Source: Patescibacteria group bacterium (lineage in GTDB: Bacteria > Patescibacteriota > Patescibacteriia > UBA9934 > GWF2-40-263). Taken from it: DNA of 64,000 nt. Numbering within the stretch: the first letter of the stretch is position 1; every line of letters begins with the position of its first letter. Where the stretch lies: contig JBBTSF010000064.1 of NCBI GenBank assembly GCA_038064815.1, forward strand, positions 2,308 to 66,307, given 5' to 3'. This document shows positions 1 to 7,858 of the stretch, in pieces. The notes under the pieces are model-generated. The model had not been told where the DNA came from, ran no database searches, and saw nothing but the letters and a program-made list of their open reading frames with translations. The translations under genes and the position numbers were made by a program.

Positions 1-159
1 GTTCCTTCGGGATTCGTCCCCTTGTGGCGTCGTGCGACGTAGACCGCGATCGCGGCCGGGACTGAATCTGAGTCCAATGCGCAGGCCATCCGATCGATAT
101 CGACCAAGATCTGCCACTGGATTTTCGTGATCGAATGCGCTTCTGGTGCAAATGACATG
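1..159 (-). CDS. hypothetical protein, N-terminal fragment; gene continues beyond the window start
   Basis: Minus-strand ATG at 157-159 preceded by GGAGGAG (reverse complement of 160-175). The reading frame stays open to position 1. Local GC is high. Confidence 0.35.
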
Positions 160-235
160 TGCTGTCTCCTCCAAGGGGCCGATCATGCCTGTTGTGGAAC
201 GGATTGTCAACCCATTCGGGTAAACGAAAACCCGC

Positions 236-751
236 CTATGCGGCGGGTTCTTCTGTTGGAGCTTCTGTTGTTTCGACAACTGGTTCTTCTGCTGGCTTTT
301 CTTTTTCTGCGGCAGCGGCTGCTTCTGCGTCGGCTTTTGCTTGTTCTGCATCCGCCTTCGCTTTGGCGACTGCTTCGGCCTTTGCCTCGGCTTCTTTCAC
401 TTTGGCTTCAGCGGCCTTTGCGGCGGCGTCTTCAGATTTCTTTTTTGATTCCGCGGCTTTTGTTTCCAATTTTACCGCGTGGGTTTTGCTGATATGGGAA
501 GTTCCACGCTTCTTTCCTTCGATCACTTTTTGATCGATAAGAAGGTTCCAGACAGAGTGTGTGGCTTGTGCACCTTGTGCGAGCCAGTACTTTGCGCGAT
601 CTGCTTTGATCACGAATTCTTTTGTGCGTGGATTGTAGTGTCCGAGAATCTCGGTGGTGAGCGCCCAAGGATCTGTGTGCTTTGGCATCACAACGATGCG
701 GTACACAGGCGCTTTTTTCTTTCCAACGCGGGTGAGGCGGATTGATAACAT
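236..751 (-). CDS. rpsP: 30S ribosomal protein S16 with a long Ala/Lys/Glu-rich C-terminal extension
   Basis: The N-terminus MLSIRLTRVGKKKAPVYRIVV...HYNPRT is canonical S16. The start was moved to the ATG at 751 inside the track ORF 236..820. About 90 aa of low-complexity KAEAK repeats follow the S16 domain. A hairpin aaacccgcc..ggcgggttt at 226-247 overlaps the gene's 3' end. Confidence 0.9.
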   Translation of the reverse strand: MLSIRLTRVGKKKAPVYRIVVMPKHTDPWALTTEILGHYNPRTKEFVIKADRAKYWLAQGAQATHSVWNLLIDQKVIEGKKRGTSHISKTHAVKLETKAAESKKKSEDAAAKAAEAKVKEAEAKAEAVAKAKADAEQAKADAEAAAAAEKEKPAEEPVVETTEAPTEEPAA

Positions 752-850
752 AATGAAATAGTCAGGTAAATGAGTCGATGAGCGTCGACGGTGAGTGGAG
801 GATATGGCAGCGGGGTGCATTTGTCAAGAAATACGTAAGAAAAATCCGCC

Positions 851-1498
851 TCAGAGGGGCGGACAGGTGCCGTTGGACGGGCAGGGGTTTTGCCTGCAGC
901 GAGAGCAGGTGTCTGGGTAGAACTGGTAGAGAAGCGTGCTGATGGAAGCGACTCCTTGCAAGGTGACGTAACCCATCCACCAGGCGAAGAGATCCGCGAG
1001 CTCCTCGTGCACACCTTTCTCGTTTCCTTCCAGGACCGCGAACGTGAGCTCTCCTAGCTCTTCGGCGATATGGGCGAAGACGTTTGCTCGACCTTGTTTC
1101 TCATTCGATTTGCCGTAGATGCGTTTCAAGGCGCCTTGGAGCTTATCGATCGGAATTTCCGGCCCAGGGGTACCGAGGACAATGGGACTGCGGACGGCGT
1201 CCAGACAATGACAGTCTGCTTCACACCCACAGTAGACGCAGTGTCCAGGATACTTCATTGCGACGAGTGCCTCGACATCCAGCTCGAACAAGTTGGCCAG
1301 AGCGAAGATTCGAGCGCCGATCCCGGCAAGGGACCGCGGAATGTCCGGGCTGTTCTTGCGGACGCTTTCGGCCAGGCAGCTCAGCTCGATCTGTAGGCGA
1401 AGCAAGATCCGTTCGGGCGATGAACGCAGCCGATTCCGCTTGCCGTACAGAGCTCGGAACGTGTTTTGCCAGCCCTGAATGGTCCTTTCTTCGATCAT
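851..1498 (-). CDS. MazG-like nucleotide pyrophosphohydrolase domain protein with a Cys-rich C-terminal tail
   Basis: Two EExxE...EExxD-type segments (IELSCLAES; AEELGEL...HEELADLF) are typical of the all-alpha NTP-PPase fold. The start was placed at the ATG at 1498, which has GGAGGT six nt upstream. The track ORF runs further upstream from a TTG. Confidence 0.5.
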   Translation of the reverse strand: MIEERTIQGWQNTFRALYGKRNRLRSSPERILLRLQIELSCLAESVRKNSPDIPRSLAGIGARIFALANLFELDVEALVAMKYPGHCVYCGCEADCHCLDAVRSPIVLGTPGPEIPIDKLQGALKRIYGKSNEKQGRANVFAHIAEELGELTFAVLEGNEKGVHEELADLFAWWMGYVTLQGVASISTLLYQFYPDTCSRCRQNPCPSNGTCPPL

Positions 1499-1615
1499 GA
1501 CGACCTCCATGTCGCAGGGAAAATGGTAGACCAAACATTCCGTTTAGTCAACTCATCAGCTTTTTCTATACCCCGAATTATTGGCTTAATTAAGCCTAAA
1601 AATTGTTGACGGTCG

Positions 1616-1644
1616 TTGACAAAAGTCAAAAAATATGATATAGT
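1616..1644 (+). promoter_or_regulatory. sigma70-like promoter TTGACA-N17-TATAGT
   Basis: TTGACA at 1616-1621, a 17 nt spacer, and TATAGT at 1639-1644. The perfect 14 bp palindrome GGCTTAATTAAGCC lies just upstream at 1583-1596. Confidence 0.4.
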
Positions 1645-1650
1645 TTTGCT

Positions 1651-1777
1651 ATCAAGAATGATCATTTAAACAAAAGAAACTCTTGGGAGAGAGTTCGGAC
1701 AAATTTGAGCCAAATAGCGCTCAAAGGTCTATTATTGGATATTTTTCCTCCGAAATATTTAGTAATAGGCCTTTTTT
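1651..1777 (+). ncRNA. candidate small RNA of about 125 nt running from the promoter to an intrinsic terminator
   Basis: No ORF. The predicted TSS is about 1651. The 3' end is the hairpin GGTCTATTATTGG...AGTAATAGGCC followed by TTTTTT at 1725-1777. A CCUCC anti-SD-like motif sits in the terminal loop. The GC-rich islet begins immediately downstream. Confidence 0.3.
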
Positions 1778-1899
1778 GTTGGGTGGCACGGCTGCCGACC
1801 CAGCGAGGCTGAACGTACATAAGGAACGAGCGAAGTTTGGCTCGACCTGATGGACGGATCTGGAAATTCCACAGAAATTCGTGAAGGAAACAAAACCCG

Positions 1900-2373
1900 A
1901 TGCTTTACAAGACTGGTTCCGTGGTGTTCTCGGTTCTCGTTCTGGCTCTCAGCGGTGTGGTCGCCTACGGCGCCTACCACTGCCTGTTCGGCCAGTACGT
2001 GATGCCGCGGATTCCCCGGGCGAACTTCTCGGTGTTTTTCTGGATGTCCATGGGTATGGTCCTGTTCTTCCTCTGGCCGATGGCTGTGAGGATGATCGAT
2101 GACGCCTGGGGGCAGAGCGAGAAGAACATGAAGATCGCCGGGTGTGCGGAGGCGGCCGGCAGGGCCTTCTTCCACGCGTGGGTCATCGTCTTCGCGACGA
2201 CGACCTTCGTCGGCCTTCAGAGCGGACGGATCTTCGAAGGCGGCCCGGCCTACGTGGTCGTGACGGTCATCGGTGCTTTCCTCCTGATCGCGGCGAACTT
2301 CGCCCGAAACGGGTGGAAGTGGACGAGTCACGAGGACTCGTTCGGCCGCCGACTCGCCGTCGAAGTCCTCTAG
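1900..2373 (+). CDS. hypothetical polytopic membrane protein in the GC-rich islet
   Basis: 157 aa ORF with four to five hydrophobic helices, about 60% GC, and GGAAACAAAACCCG ATG upstream. No recognizable family. Confidence 0.55.
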   Translation: MLYKTGSVVFSVLVLALSGVVAYGAYHCLFGQYVMPRIPRANFSVFFWMSMGMVLFFLWPMAVRMIDDAWGQSEKNMKIAGCAEAAGRAFFHAWVIVFATTTFVGLQSGRIFEGGPAYVVVTVIGAFLLIAANFARNGWKWTSHEDSFGRRLAVEVL

Positions 2374-2375
2374 CC

Positions 2376-2473
2376 CACACGACGCCTTGAGAAAGCGTCG
2401 TCAACTCTCTTGCCGGACTTCTCACCCGGCGCTGACCTGAGTGTTTGAGGAAACTCGAATGCTGAGGTCAGGG
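2376..2473 (+). repeat. structured repeat element, copy 1: three consecutive hairpins
   Basis: Hairpins ACGACGC..GCGTCGT, GCCGG..CCGGC and CTGACCTGAG..TGAGGTCAG. A 46 nt core (2398-2443) is identical to 2854-2899. Confidence 0.8.
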
Positions 2474-2548
2474 AAACACAGAGCAGCTTTTGCTCACCCT
2501 GGGCCGTGTTCGGACATTCTGAGAGATTCGAGAGAGAGGCTTATTTCG

Positions 2549-2797
2549 ATGAAGATCATCAAGAAGATGGCGGCTGGGGTCGTTGTGTTCGCGCTCATGC
2601 TCGTTGGCATGATATGTGTGGGTGTGCTGATCGCTCTGCTCATCGCGGGGGTTGTCTGCATCAAGTCTCCGTTCGGAGTGCTGATGCTGGCCATCTTCTG
2701 CGGAAGCTGCTGGTTGCTGAGCAAGGCTGACCACGCGATCGAAAACTTCAATGAGCGGTTTAACGACTGGCTCTGGGAGACGTTCGACCTGAACTAG
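2549..2797 (+). CDS. small hydrophobic membrane protein of 82 aa
   Basis: MKIIKKMAAGVVVFALMLVGMICVGVLIALLIAGVVC... The start was chosen at the ATG preceded by GAGAGAGAGG. The track ORF 2441..2797 begins upstream, inside the repeat. Confidence 0.5.
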   Translation: MKIIKKMAAGVVVFALMLVGMICVGVLIALLIAGVVCIKSPFGVLMLAIFCGSCWLLSKADHAIENFNERFNDWLWETFDLN

Positions 2798-2828
2798 CCC
2801 GCCCACGTCATCGCTATTTCGACATGAT

Positions 2829-2936
2829 CCACACGACGCGCCTGAGAAACGCATCGTCAACTCTCTTGCCGGACTTCTCACCCGGCGCTGACCTGAGTGG
2901 TGGAAAATAGATTCCACCGTTGAGGTCAGAACGAAA
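2829..2936 (+). repeat. structured repeat element, copy 2
   Basis: Same three-hairpin architecture as copy 1, with compensatory variation in the first and third stems. It lies 32 nt after the stop of the preceding small gene. Confidence 0.8.
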
Positions 2937-2946
2937 TCTGGGTGCA

Positions 2947-3075
2947 ATGATGACCCAGAGAGGAGAAGGTTCTGTGACGACGAAAAAGAAGTGGATCATC
3001 GGTGTGGCTGTGGCATTCATTCTGTATGAGTCGTGGCTCATATGGCTGGCAATGACCGCTCCACCATGCCGATGA
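2947..3075 (+). CDS. candidate 42 aa hydrophobic peptide, below the ORF-track cutoff
   Basis: ATGATGACCCAGAGAGGAGAAGG... encodes MMTQRGEGSVTTKKKWIIGVAVAFILYESWLIWLAMTAPPCR. It starts 13 nt after the third hairpin of repeat copy 2. Hairpins at 3079-3104 and 3210-3243 follow. Confidence 0.3.
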   Translation: MMTQRGEGSVTTKKKWIIGVAVAFILYESWLIWLAMTAPPCR

Positions 3076-3276
3076 TCTAGGGGGTTTCTACGTTCGCCCC
3101 CAGTCCTTAAGTCACCAGGATGGTGATGGACGAACCGAGAAATCGGAAAAGAATGTTCCTTCACTGTGGAGGTCAACAACTTGTCGAGAACAAACGCGTT
3201 CCCGACAACTGGCCCTGCATACACGACGTTGCAGGGCCGTTCACCTGAGCGCTCGATCTACTCGAACCTTCAGGAA

Positions 3277-3312
3277 ACAAAACAACCGCCTCATCGAAGG
3301 CGGTTGTTTTGT
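3277..3312 (-). terminator. intrinsic terminator hairpin, bidirectional
   Basis: AACAACCGCC tcatcgaa GGCGGTTGTT flanked by A and T runs, directly after the stop of the DUF559 gene. Confidence 0.55.
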
Positions 3313-3665
3313 TATAGGCAGTTTACACGGATGGTTTCTAGAACACCTTGGATGTTTTCCGTGACTTCGGTGTTGGTGAAACGGAGGGTTTTTATGTTGG
3401 CTTGGTTTAGGAATTCGGTACGAGCTTGGTCGTAAATTTTTCCTTCCGGTGTTTCGTGAGAGTCGCCGTCGATCTCGATGCAAAGTTTTAGACTGGGGCA
3501 GTAGAAATCTAGGATGTAGGGGCCGACGCCTTGTTGACGTCTGAACTTATGTTCCAATTGATTGTTTCTGAGATGTCGCCAAAGGGTTTGTTCCGGTTTG
3601 GTGGCGTTGGAACGGAGTTCTCTGCGGCGGTCTGTTTGAAGGGGTCGGTTGAAAAGATCTCCCAT
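3312..3665 (-). CDS. DUF559 / Vsr-like very-short-patch-repair endonuclease domain protein
   Basis: The sequence contains LRFTNTEV. and IEIDGDSHETPEGKIYDQARTEFLNQ., the conserved core of DUF559 endonuclease-domain proteins. Confidence 0.75.
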   Translation of the reverse strand: MGDLFNRPLQTDRRRELRSNATKPEQTLWRHLRNNQLEHKFRRQQGVGPYILDFYCPSLKLCIEIDGDSHETPEGKIYDQARTEFLNQANIKTLRFTNTEVTENIQGVLETIRVNCL

Positions 3666-3691
3666 ATGTTTTTATAAACACCCTTGGGCAA

Positions 3692-3729
3692 GCCCCCCTC
3701 CCGACCTCCCCCCTAGCAGGGGGAGGAGG
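3692..3729. repeat. GC-rich palindromic element, intergenic copy; a second related hairpin at 3751-3776
   Basis: GCCCCCCTCCCGACCTCCCCCCTAGCAGGGGGAGGAGG is an exact 38 nt reverse-complement match to 41521-41558. It contains the hairpin CCTCCCCC-ctagca-GGGGGAGG. The downstream CCCCCTCC-tgcca-GGGAGGGGG is a related hairpin. Confidence 0.85.
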
Positions 3730-3797
3730 CCGCATTCCGGAACGTGTAACCCCCCTCCTGCCAGGGAGGGGGTCTGGGGGTGGGCCCGACGAGGGCG

Positions 3798-6050
3798 CTA
3801 TCGTCTCGCCGTCTCCCCACTCACCACATCCTCCAAATGCACACTGAGCAAACTCGACACTCCATCATCTCCCATCGTCACTCCGTACAAGACATCCGCC
3901 TTTTCCATCGTCGCGCGATTGTGTGTAATCACGATGAACTGACTTTTTTGGGAGAGTTCGTCGAGGATCGATGCGAAGCGGATCGTGTTGGCTTCGTCGA
4001 GGGCTGCGTCGACTTCGTCGAGGACGACGAATGGGGAAGGGTTCACGTCCATGATCGCGGAGAGAAGCGCGATCGAGGTGAGGGCGCGTTCGCCTCCGGA
4101 GAGGAGGTTGAGGGACTTCATGCGCTTGCCTGGGGGAGTCGCTTGAATGTCTACACCAACGATCGGGTCTTCATGCTTTTTCATTTTTTCCTGAATCTCA
4201 TCGGTCTTTTCTCGCTCTGCGGTTCCGGTGTCTGCAAAGACGCGATCGGGAGTCACTTCTTCTGCTTCGATTTCTTCGGAGGTGAGTTTCACCAAGTTGC
4301 ACGAGCCGCCACCAAACAGAATTTTGAAATAGTGCTGAAATTTTTTATTGATCTCACCGAACACTTTGCTGGATTGTTTTTCGATTTGGTCATCTAGCTC
4401 CTTCACGATTTTTTCGGTAGACGCGATGGCTTGCTGTAAGTCCGTGACTTGCGTTTCCAAAAATTCAAACCGTGTTTTTGTTTCTTGGTATTCTTTAATG
4501 ATCTCCGGATCGATTCCACCGATGAGTTCGAGTTTGTAGCGGATGCGTTGGATTTCTGGATGAAGATCATCGGCGTTGCGTGCGATCGCGACCCGTGTGA
4601 CACGCACGGACGGTCCAGCTTCTTTCATGAATTCATCCATCTCGCGTTTCAAATTTTCACTGCGTTCCTCCAGACGTGCAAGCGTAATTTCGTGTTGATT
4701 GCGATTTTGTTCGAGGACATGAAGTTCCTGTTGTTTGCTGCGAAACGCGCGTTGAGAATCGATCAGTTCCGTGCGAACTTTTTGTTCCTTCGCTGCGTAT
4801 GAGTCGATCTGTTTTTCAATCTGCGATAGCTGCGAAGCCATTTCTTTTTCTTCTACCTGAAGCGTTTTCAATTTCGCAATCAGCTCTGGATCTGGCTTGA
4901 TGTCCTCTGGGTTTGGTCGTTGCAATCGCGAAACCAGCGTATTGGAATGCCCAAACACTTCGTCGATGGCAGTCATGACCTCTTCGAGCTTTTCGAACTT
5001 CTTGAGCTTCTCGAGCTTCAATTTAATCTCTTCTACCCCTTCAATAATCTTCGAAAGCGGAAGTGGCGCCCAGTTCGACTGCGCCTTTACCTTCGAAAGT
5101 TCAATCGATTTTTCTGTTTCAAACTGCGCGCGGCGTGAGAGTTCACATTTCTTCTGCTGCTCACGATATTCTTTTTGCAAAGCCGCAAGCCCTTCATCTT
5201 TAATGTCCTCACCTTCCATCTCTTTTGTTTTCTGCTCGAGGATTTTGAGTTCGGCCTGAAGATCACTCATGGTTTTGTCAGACGCATGGAATCGTTTTTT
5301 GGCTTCCTCAGTTTCGTCCACGAGCGTCCACCACAAACTTCCATAATACTTTTCTTCGAGTCCGCGAAGTTCTTGCTCAACCGCCGCGCGTTCTTCCAAA
5401 CGATTTGCTTGGCGCTTGAGGGATCGAAGGCGCGGCTCAATTTCTTTCATGAGCATTTCCAGATCGTTGAGATTTTCCAGTGTCCGTTTCAACTTCAACA
5501 TCGCCTCATGTCGTTTGATTTGAAACTGTTTTACGCCGGTGGCGTCATCAAAAAACGCTTTACGTTCCTCAGGAGTGGAAACCAAAATATGATCGATCAT
5601 TCCTTGACCGATGACACTATAGGATCGTTGACCGACGTTTGCTTGGGCGAGAAGAAGTTGAATGTCTGAAAGTCGGAGTGCTCCTTCGTTTAAAATATAT
5701 TCAGATGTCCCGTCTCGAAACAATCGACGACTAATCGTCACATGGCCGTATTCAATCGGCATCGCTCCATCTTCGTTGTTGAAGCTGAGTGAGACCTCCG
5801 CAAATCCTCCGCGTGCGCGGCCTTCCGATCCAGAAAAAATCACATCTTCGGATTGCTTTCCGCGTAAGAGTTTCAAACTTTGTTCGCCAAGCACCCAACG
5901 AATGGCGTCGGCTAAGTTTGATTTTCCAGAACCGTTTGGCCCAACCACAGCGGTGACCGGACAGCGCTTTTCGCCTGGTGGCAGAAAGCTCAGAACTGTT
6001 TTTTTTGCGAAGGTTTTAAAGCCCTGAATTTCCAATTTTTCGAGATACAT
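3798..6050 (-). CDS. smc: chromosome segregation protein SMC, unusually short at 750 aa with no recognizable hinge
   Basis: Canonical SMC head at the N-terminus: MYLEKLEIQGFKTFAKKTVLSF..VVGPNGSGKSNLADAIRWVLGEQS. Canonical C-terminus: LSGGERALTSIALLSAIMDVNPSPFVVLDEVDAALDEAN...QFIVITHNRATME. The start was moved to the ATG at 6050; the track ORF extends 94 codons upstream. Confidence 0.85.
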   Translation of the reverse strand: MYLEKLEIQGFKTFAKKTVLSFLPPGEKRCPVTAVVGPNGSGKSNLADAIRWVLGEQSLKLLRGKQSEDVIFSGSEGRARGGFAEVSLSFNNEDGAMPIEYGHVTISRRLFRDGTSEYILNEGALRLSDIQLLLAQANVGQRSYSVIGQGMIDHILVSTPEERKAFFDDATGVKQFQIKRHEAMLKLKRTLENLNDLEMLMKEIEPRLRSLKRQANRLEERAAVEQELRGLEEKYYGSLWWTLVDETEEAKKRFHASDKTMSDLQAELKILEQKTKEMEGEDIKDEGLAALQKEYREQQKKCELSRRAQFETEKSIELSKVKAQSNWAPLPLSKIIEGVEEIKLKLEKLKKFEKLEEVMTAIDEVFGHSNTLVSRLQRPNPEDIKPDPELIAKLKTLQVEEKEMASQLSQIEKQIDSYAAKEQKVRTELIDSQRAFRSKQQELHVLEQNRNQHEITLARLEERSENLKREMDEFMKEAGPSVRVTRVAIARNADDLHPEIQRIRYKLELIGGIDPEIIKEYQETKTRFEFLETQVTDLQQAIASTEKIVKELDDQIEKQSSKVFGEINKKFQHYFKILFGGGSCNLVKLTSEEIEAEEVTPDRVFADTGTAEREKTDEIQEKMKKHEDPIVGVDIQATPPGKRMKSLNLLSGGERALTSIALLSAIMDVNPSPFVVLDEVDAALDEANTIRFASILDELSQKSQFIVITHNRATMEKADVLYGVTMGDDGVSSLLSVHLEDVVSGETARR

Positions 6051-6131
6051 AGGGTGAAGGGATGAAGATAGGGAAAGTATAACACGATTGACGCAGCGGC
6101 TTTGGTCCGATACACTGCATTCTTTCCACAT

Positions 6132-7124
6132 ATGGAAATCCTTCGCCACAAACAAATTTACGAGGAGCTTTTGAGCGCACAGCATCCTGTGTTTGTTTCG
6201 GATGAGCGGATTGATGGGGATAGCTTGGGGTCTGCGCTTGCGATGGTCGACTTTTTGAAAATGTACGGACGTCCACGCCCACCGGTGTTTGTATCTGGAC
6301 CGATTCCTGCCGTGTATCAGTCTCTTCCGCACATCGAAATGTGCACAGACGACATGAGTGTGTTTTTAGACCCGAGCGTGGATTTGATCGTGTCTTTTGA
6401 TTGTTCCGATAGCGAATACATCGATCGATTGCTTGAAACTGCCACGACGCGACCGCGAGTAATCAATATCGATCATCACAAAACGAATGGTCTTTATGGA
6501 AATGTAAACCAAGTCATTGTTGGCGCTCCCGCAACCGCGGAAGTCGTCTATCGATTTTTTGAACACCATCACATTCTCATCAGCAAAGACGCTGCGACCT
6601 GTTTACTGACGGGCCTTTGTTTTGACACAACAGCCTTTTCAAATTCAGCCACCAATGAACGCGCGCTTCATGTTGCCTCACAGCTGGTTCTCAGTGGCGC
6701 CCGTGTCCAAGATGCGATCCGTTCCATGTTTAAAAATCGTTCCATCCCGGCTTTGCGTGTGTGGGGTCTGGCCCTGGAGCGGCTTCATCATAACCCGACG
6801 TTTGATTGCATCATCACCTGTCTGACCCGAAAAGACATTGAAGAAAACGATGTGCTGGATGAGGAGATTGACGGACTTTCGAATTTCTTGAGCCTGGTCA
6901 CAGACACAGAAACGCTTTACGTTTTGCGCGAAACGCCGGAGGGGGGAGTGAAGATTAGTATGCGTTCCTCGAGTCGAGATGTCAGTGCGGTTGCGAAAGC
7001 GAACGGGGGAGGCGGGCATGAAAAGGCGGCAGGGTATTCGGTTGAGAATGCGAAGCTCGTGCCTGCAGAGGATGGGATTTGGAGAGTTGAAAGAAACGTG
7101 GAATGGAGTAAAGTGGTCGAGTAA
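6132..7124 (+). CDS. nrnA: DHH-family phosphoesterase (NrnA-like bifunctional oligoribonuclease/pAp phosphatase)
   Basis: DHH motif in [10 protein letters not shown] and the DHHA1 GGGGH motif in [14 protein letters not shown]. The start is the ATG at 6132, MEILRHKQ. Confidence 0.75.
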   Translation: MEILRHKQIYEELLSAQHPVFVSDERIDGDSLGSALAMVDFLKMYGRPRPPVFVSGPIPAVYQSLPHIEMCTDDMSVFLDPSVDLIVSFDCSDSEYIDRLLETATTRPRVINIDHHKTNGLYGNVNQVIVGAPATAEVVYRFFEHHHILISKDAATCLLTGLCFDTTAFSNSATNERALHVASQLVLSGARVQDAIRSMFKNRSIPALRVWGLALERLHHNPTFDCIITCLTRKDIEENDVLDEEIDGLSNFLSLVTDTETLYVLRETPEGGVKISMRSSSRDVSAVAKANGGGGHEKAAGYSVENAKLVPAEDGIWRVERNVEWSKVVE

Positions 7125-7137
7125 TTATTCTCCATCT

Positions 7138-7728
7138 ATGTCCACAAAAAATTCCATTCTCATCCCAACCGTGATTGAAAAAACACATATGGGAGAACGT
7201 GCGTACGATATCTACTCACGTCTTCTCAAAGATCGCATTATTTTTTTGGGCACAGAAATCGATGATACGGTCGCGAATCTCGTCATCGCTCAGCTGCTTT
7301 TTTTGGAAAGCCAAGATAAAACAAAAGAGATCAAACTCTACATCAACTCTCCAGGAGGATCGGTTACGTCCGGCCTCGCGATTTACGACGCGATGCAATA
7401 CGTGAAGCCACATGTCTCCACGATCTGTGTGGGAATGGCGGCGTCGATGGGGGCGGTGCTTTTGGCGGCGGGAGAAAAAGGCAAACGCTTTGCTCTGCCA
7501 AATTCAGAGATCATGATTCACCAAGTGCTTGGGGGAGTGAGTGGTCAGGCGACTGATATCAAGATTCACGCAGAGCGTATTTTGAAGATTAAAGACCAAT
7601 TAAACGAGATTCTTTCCAAACATACGGGTCAGAAAAAGGCTAAAGTGGCCGAGGATACGGAACGCGATTATTTCCTGGATTCAGCCGAGGCTGTCAAATA
7701 TGGCCTGGTCGACAAGGTGATAAAATAG
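7138..7728 (+). CDS. clpP: ATP-dependent Clp protease proteolytic subunit
   Basis: [24 protein letters not shown]...[37 protein letters not shown] contains the ClpP catalytic Ser and His context. The start is the ATG at 7138. Confidence 0.9.
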   Translation: MSTKNSILIPTVIEKTHMGERAYDIYSRLLKDRIIFLGTEIDDTVANLVIAQLLFLESQDKTKEIKLYINSPGGSVTSGLAIYDAMQYVKPHVSTICVGMAASMGAVLLAAGEKGKRFALPNSEIMIHQVLGGVSGQATDIKIHAERILKIKDQLNEILSKHTGQKKAKVAEDTERDYFLDSAEAVKYGLVDKVIK

Positions 7729-7730
7729 CG

Positions 7731-7765
7731 ATTTAAAAAGACTTTCCTAAGGAAAGTCTTTTTTG
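7731..7765 (+). terminator. intrinsic terminator downstream of clpP
   Basis: AAAAGACTTTCC-ttag-GGAAAGTCTTTTTT. Confidence 0.6.
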
Positions 7766-7811
7766 ATTGCATGACCTGTCAAAGTCATGTAACATAACTT
7801 GGTGGAGATTG

Positions 7812-7840
7812 TTGACAATTTCAAAAGTCTCTGGTAGTGT
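7812..7840 (+). promoter_or_regulatory. promoter-like TTGACA-N17-TAGTGT
   Basis: Exact 17 nt spacing. The same -10 variant TAGTGT recurs with a TTGACA at 14814-14842. Confidence 0.3.
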
Positions 7841-7858
7841 ACTGAGTCCCGAACATTA

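Noticed and set aside
127-533. Two plus-strand ORFs, 121 and 124 aa, rich in Leu/Arg/Ala/Ser
   Set aside because: They are antisense or frame-shifted readings of the repetitive Ala/Lys/Glu-coding tail of rpsP on the minus strand. They are low-complexity and have no RBS.
2376-2936. Possibility that the two direct repeats form a CRISPR array
   Set aside because: There are only two copies. The repeat is about 70 nt and internally multi-hairpinned. The supposed spacer, about 385 nt, encodes a membrane peptide. No cas genes are anywhere in the window.
6051-6332. 94-codon N-terminal extension of the smc ORF in the track ([12 protein letters not shown]...)
   Set aside because: Canonical SMC begins at MYLEKLEIQGFK. 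The extension overlaps the divergent nrnA promoter region and has no homology, so the start was set at 6050.
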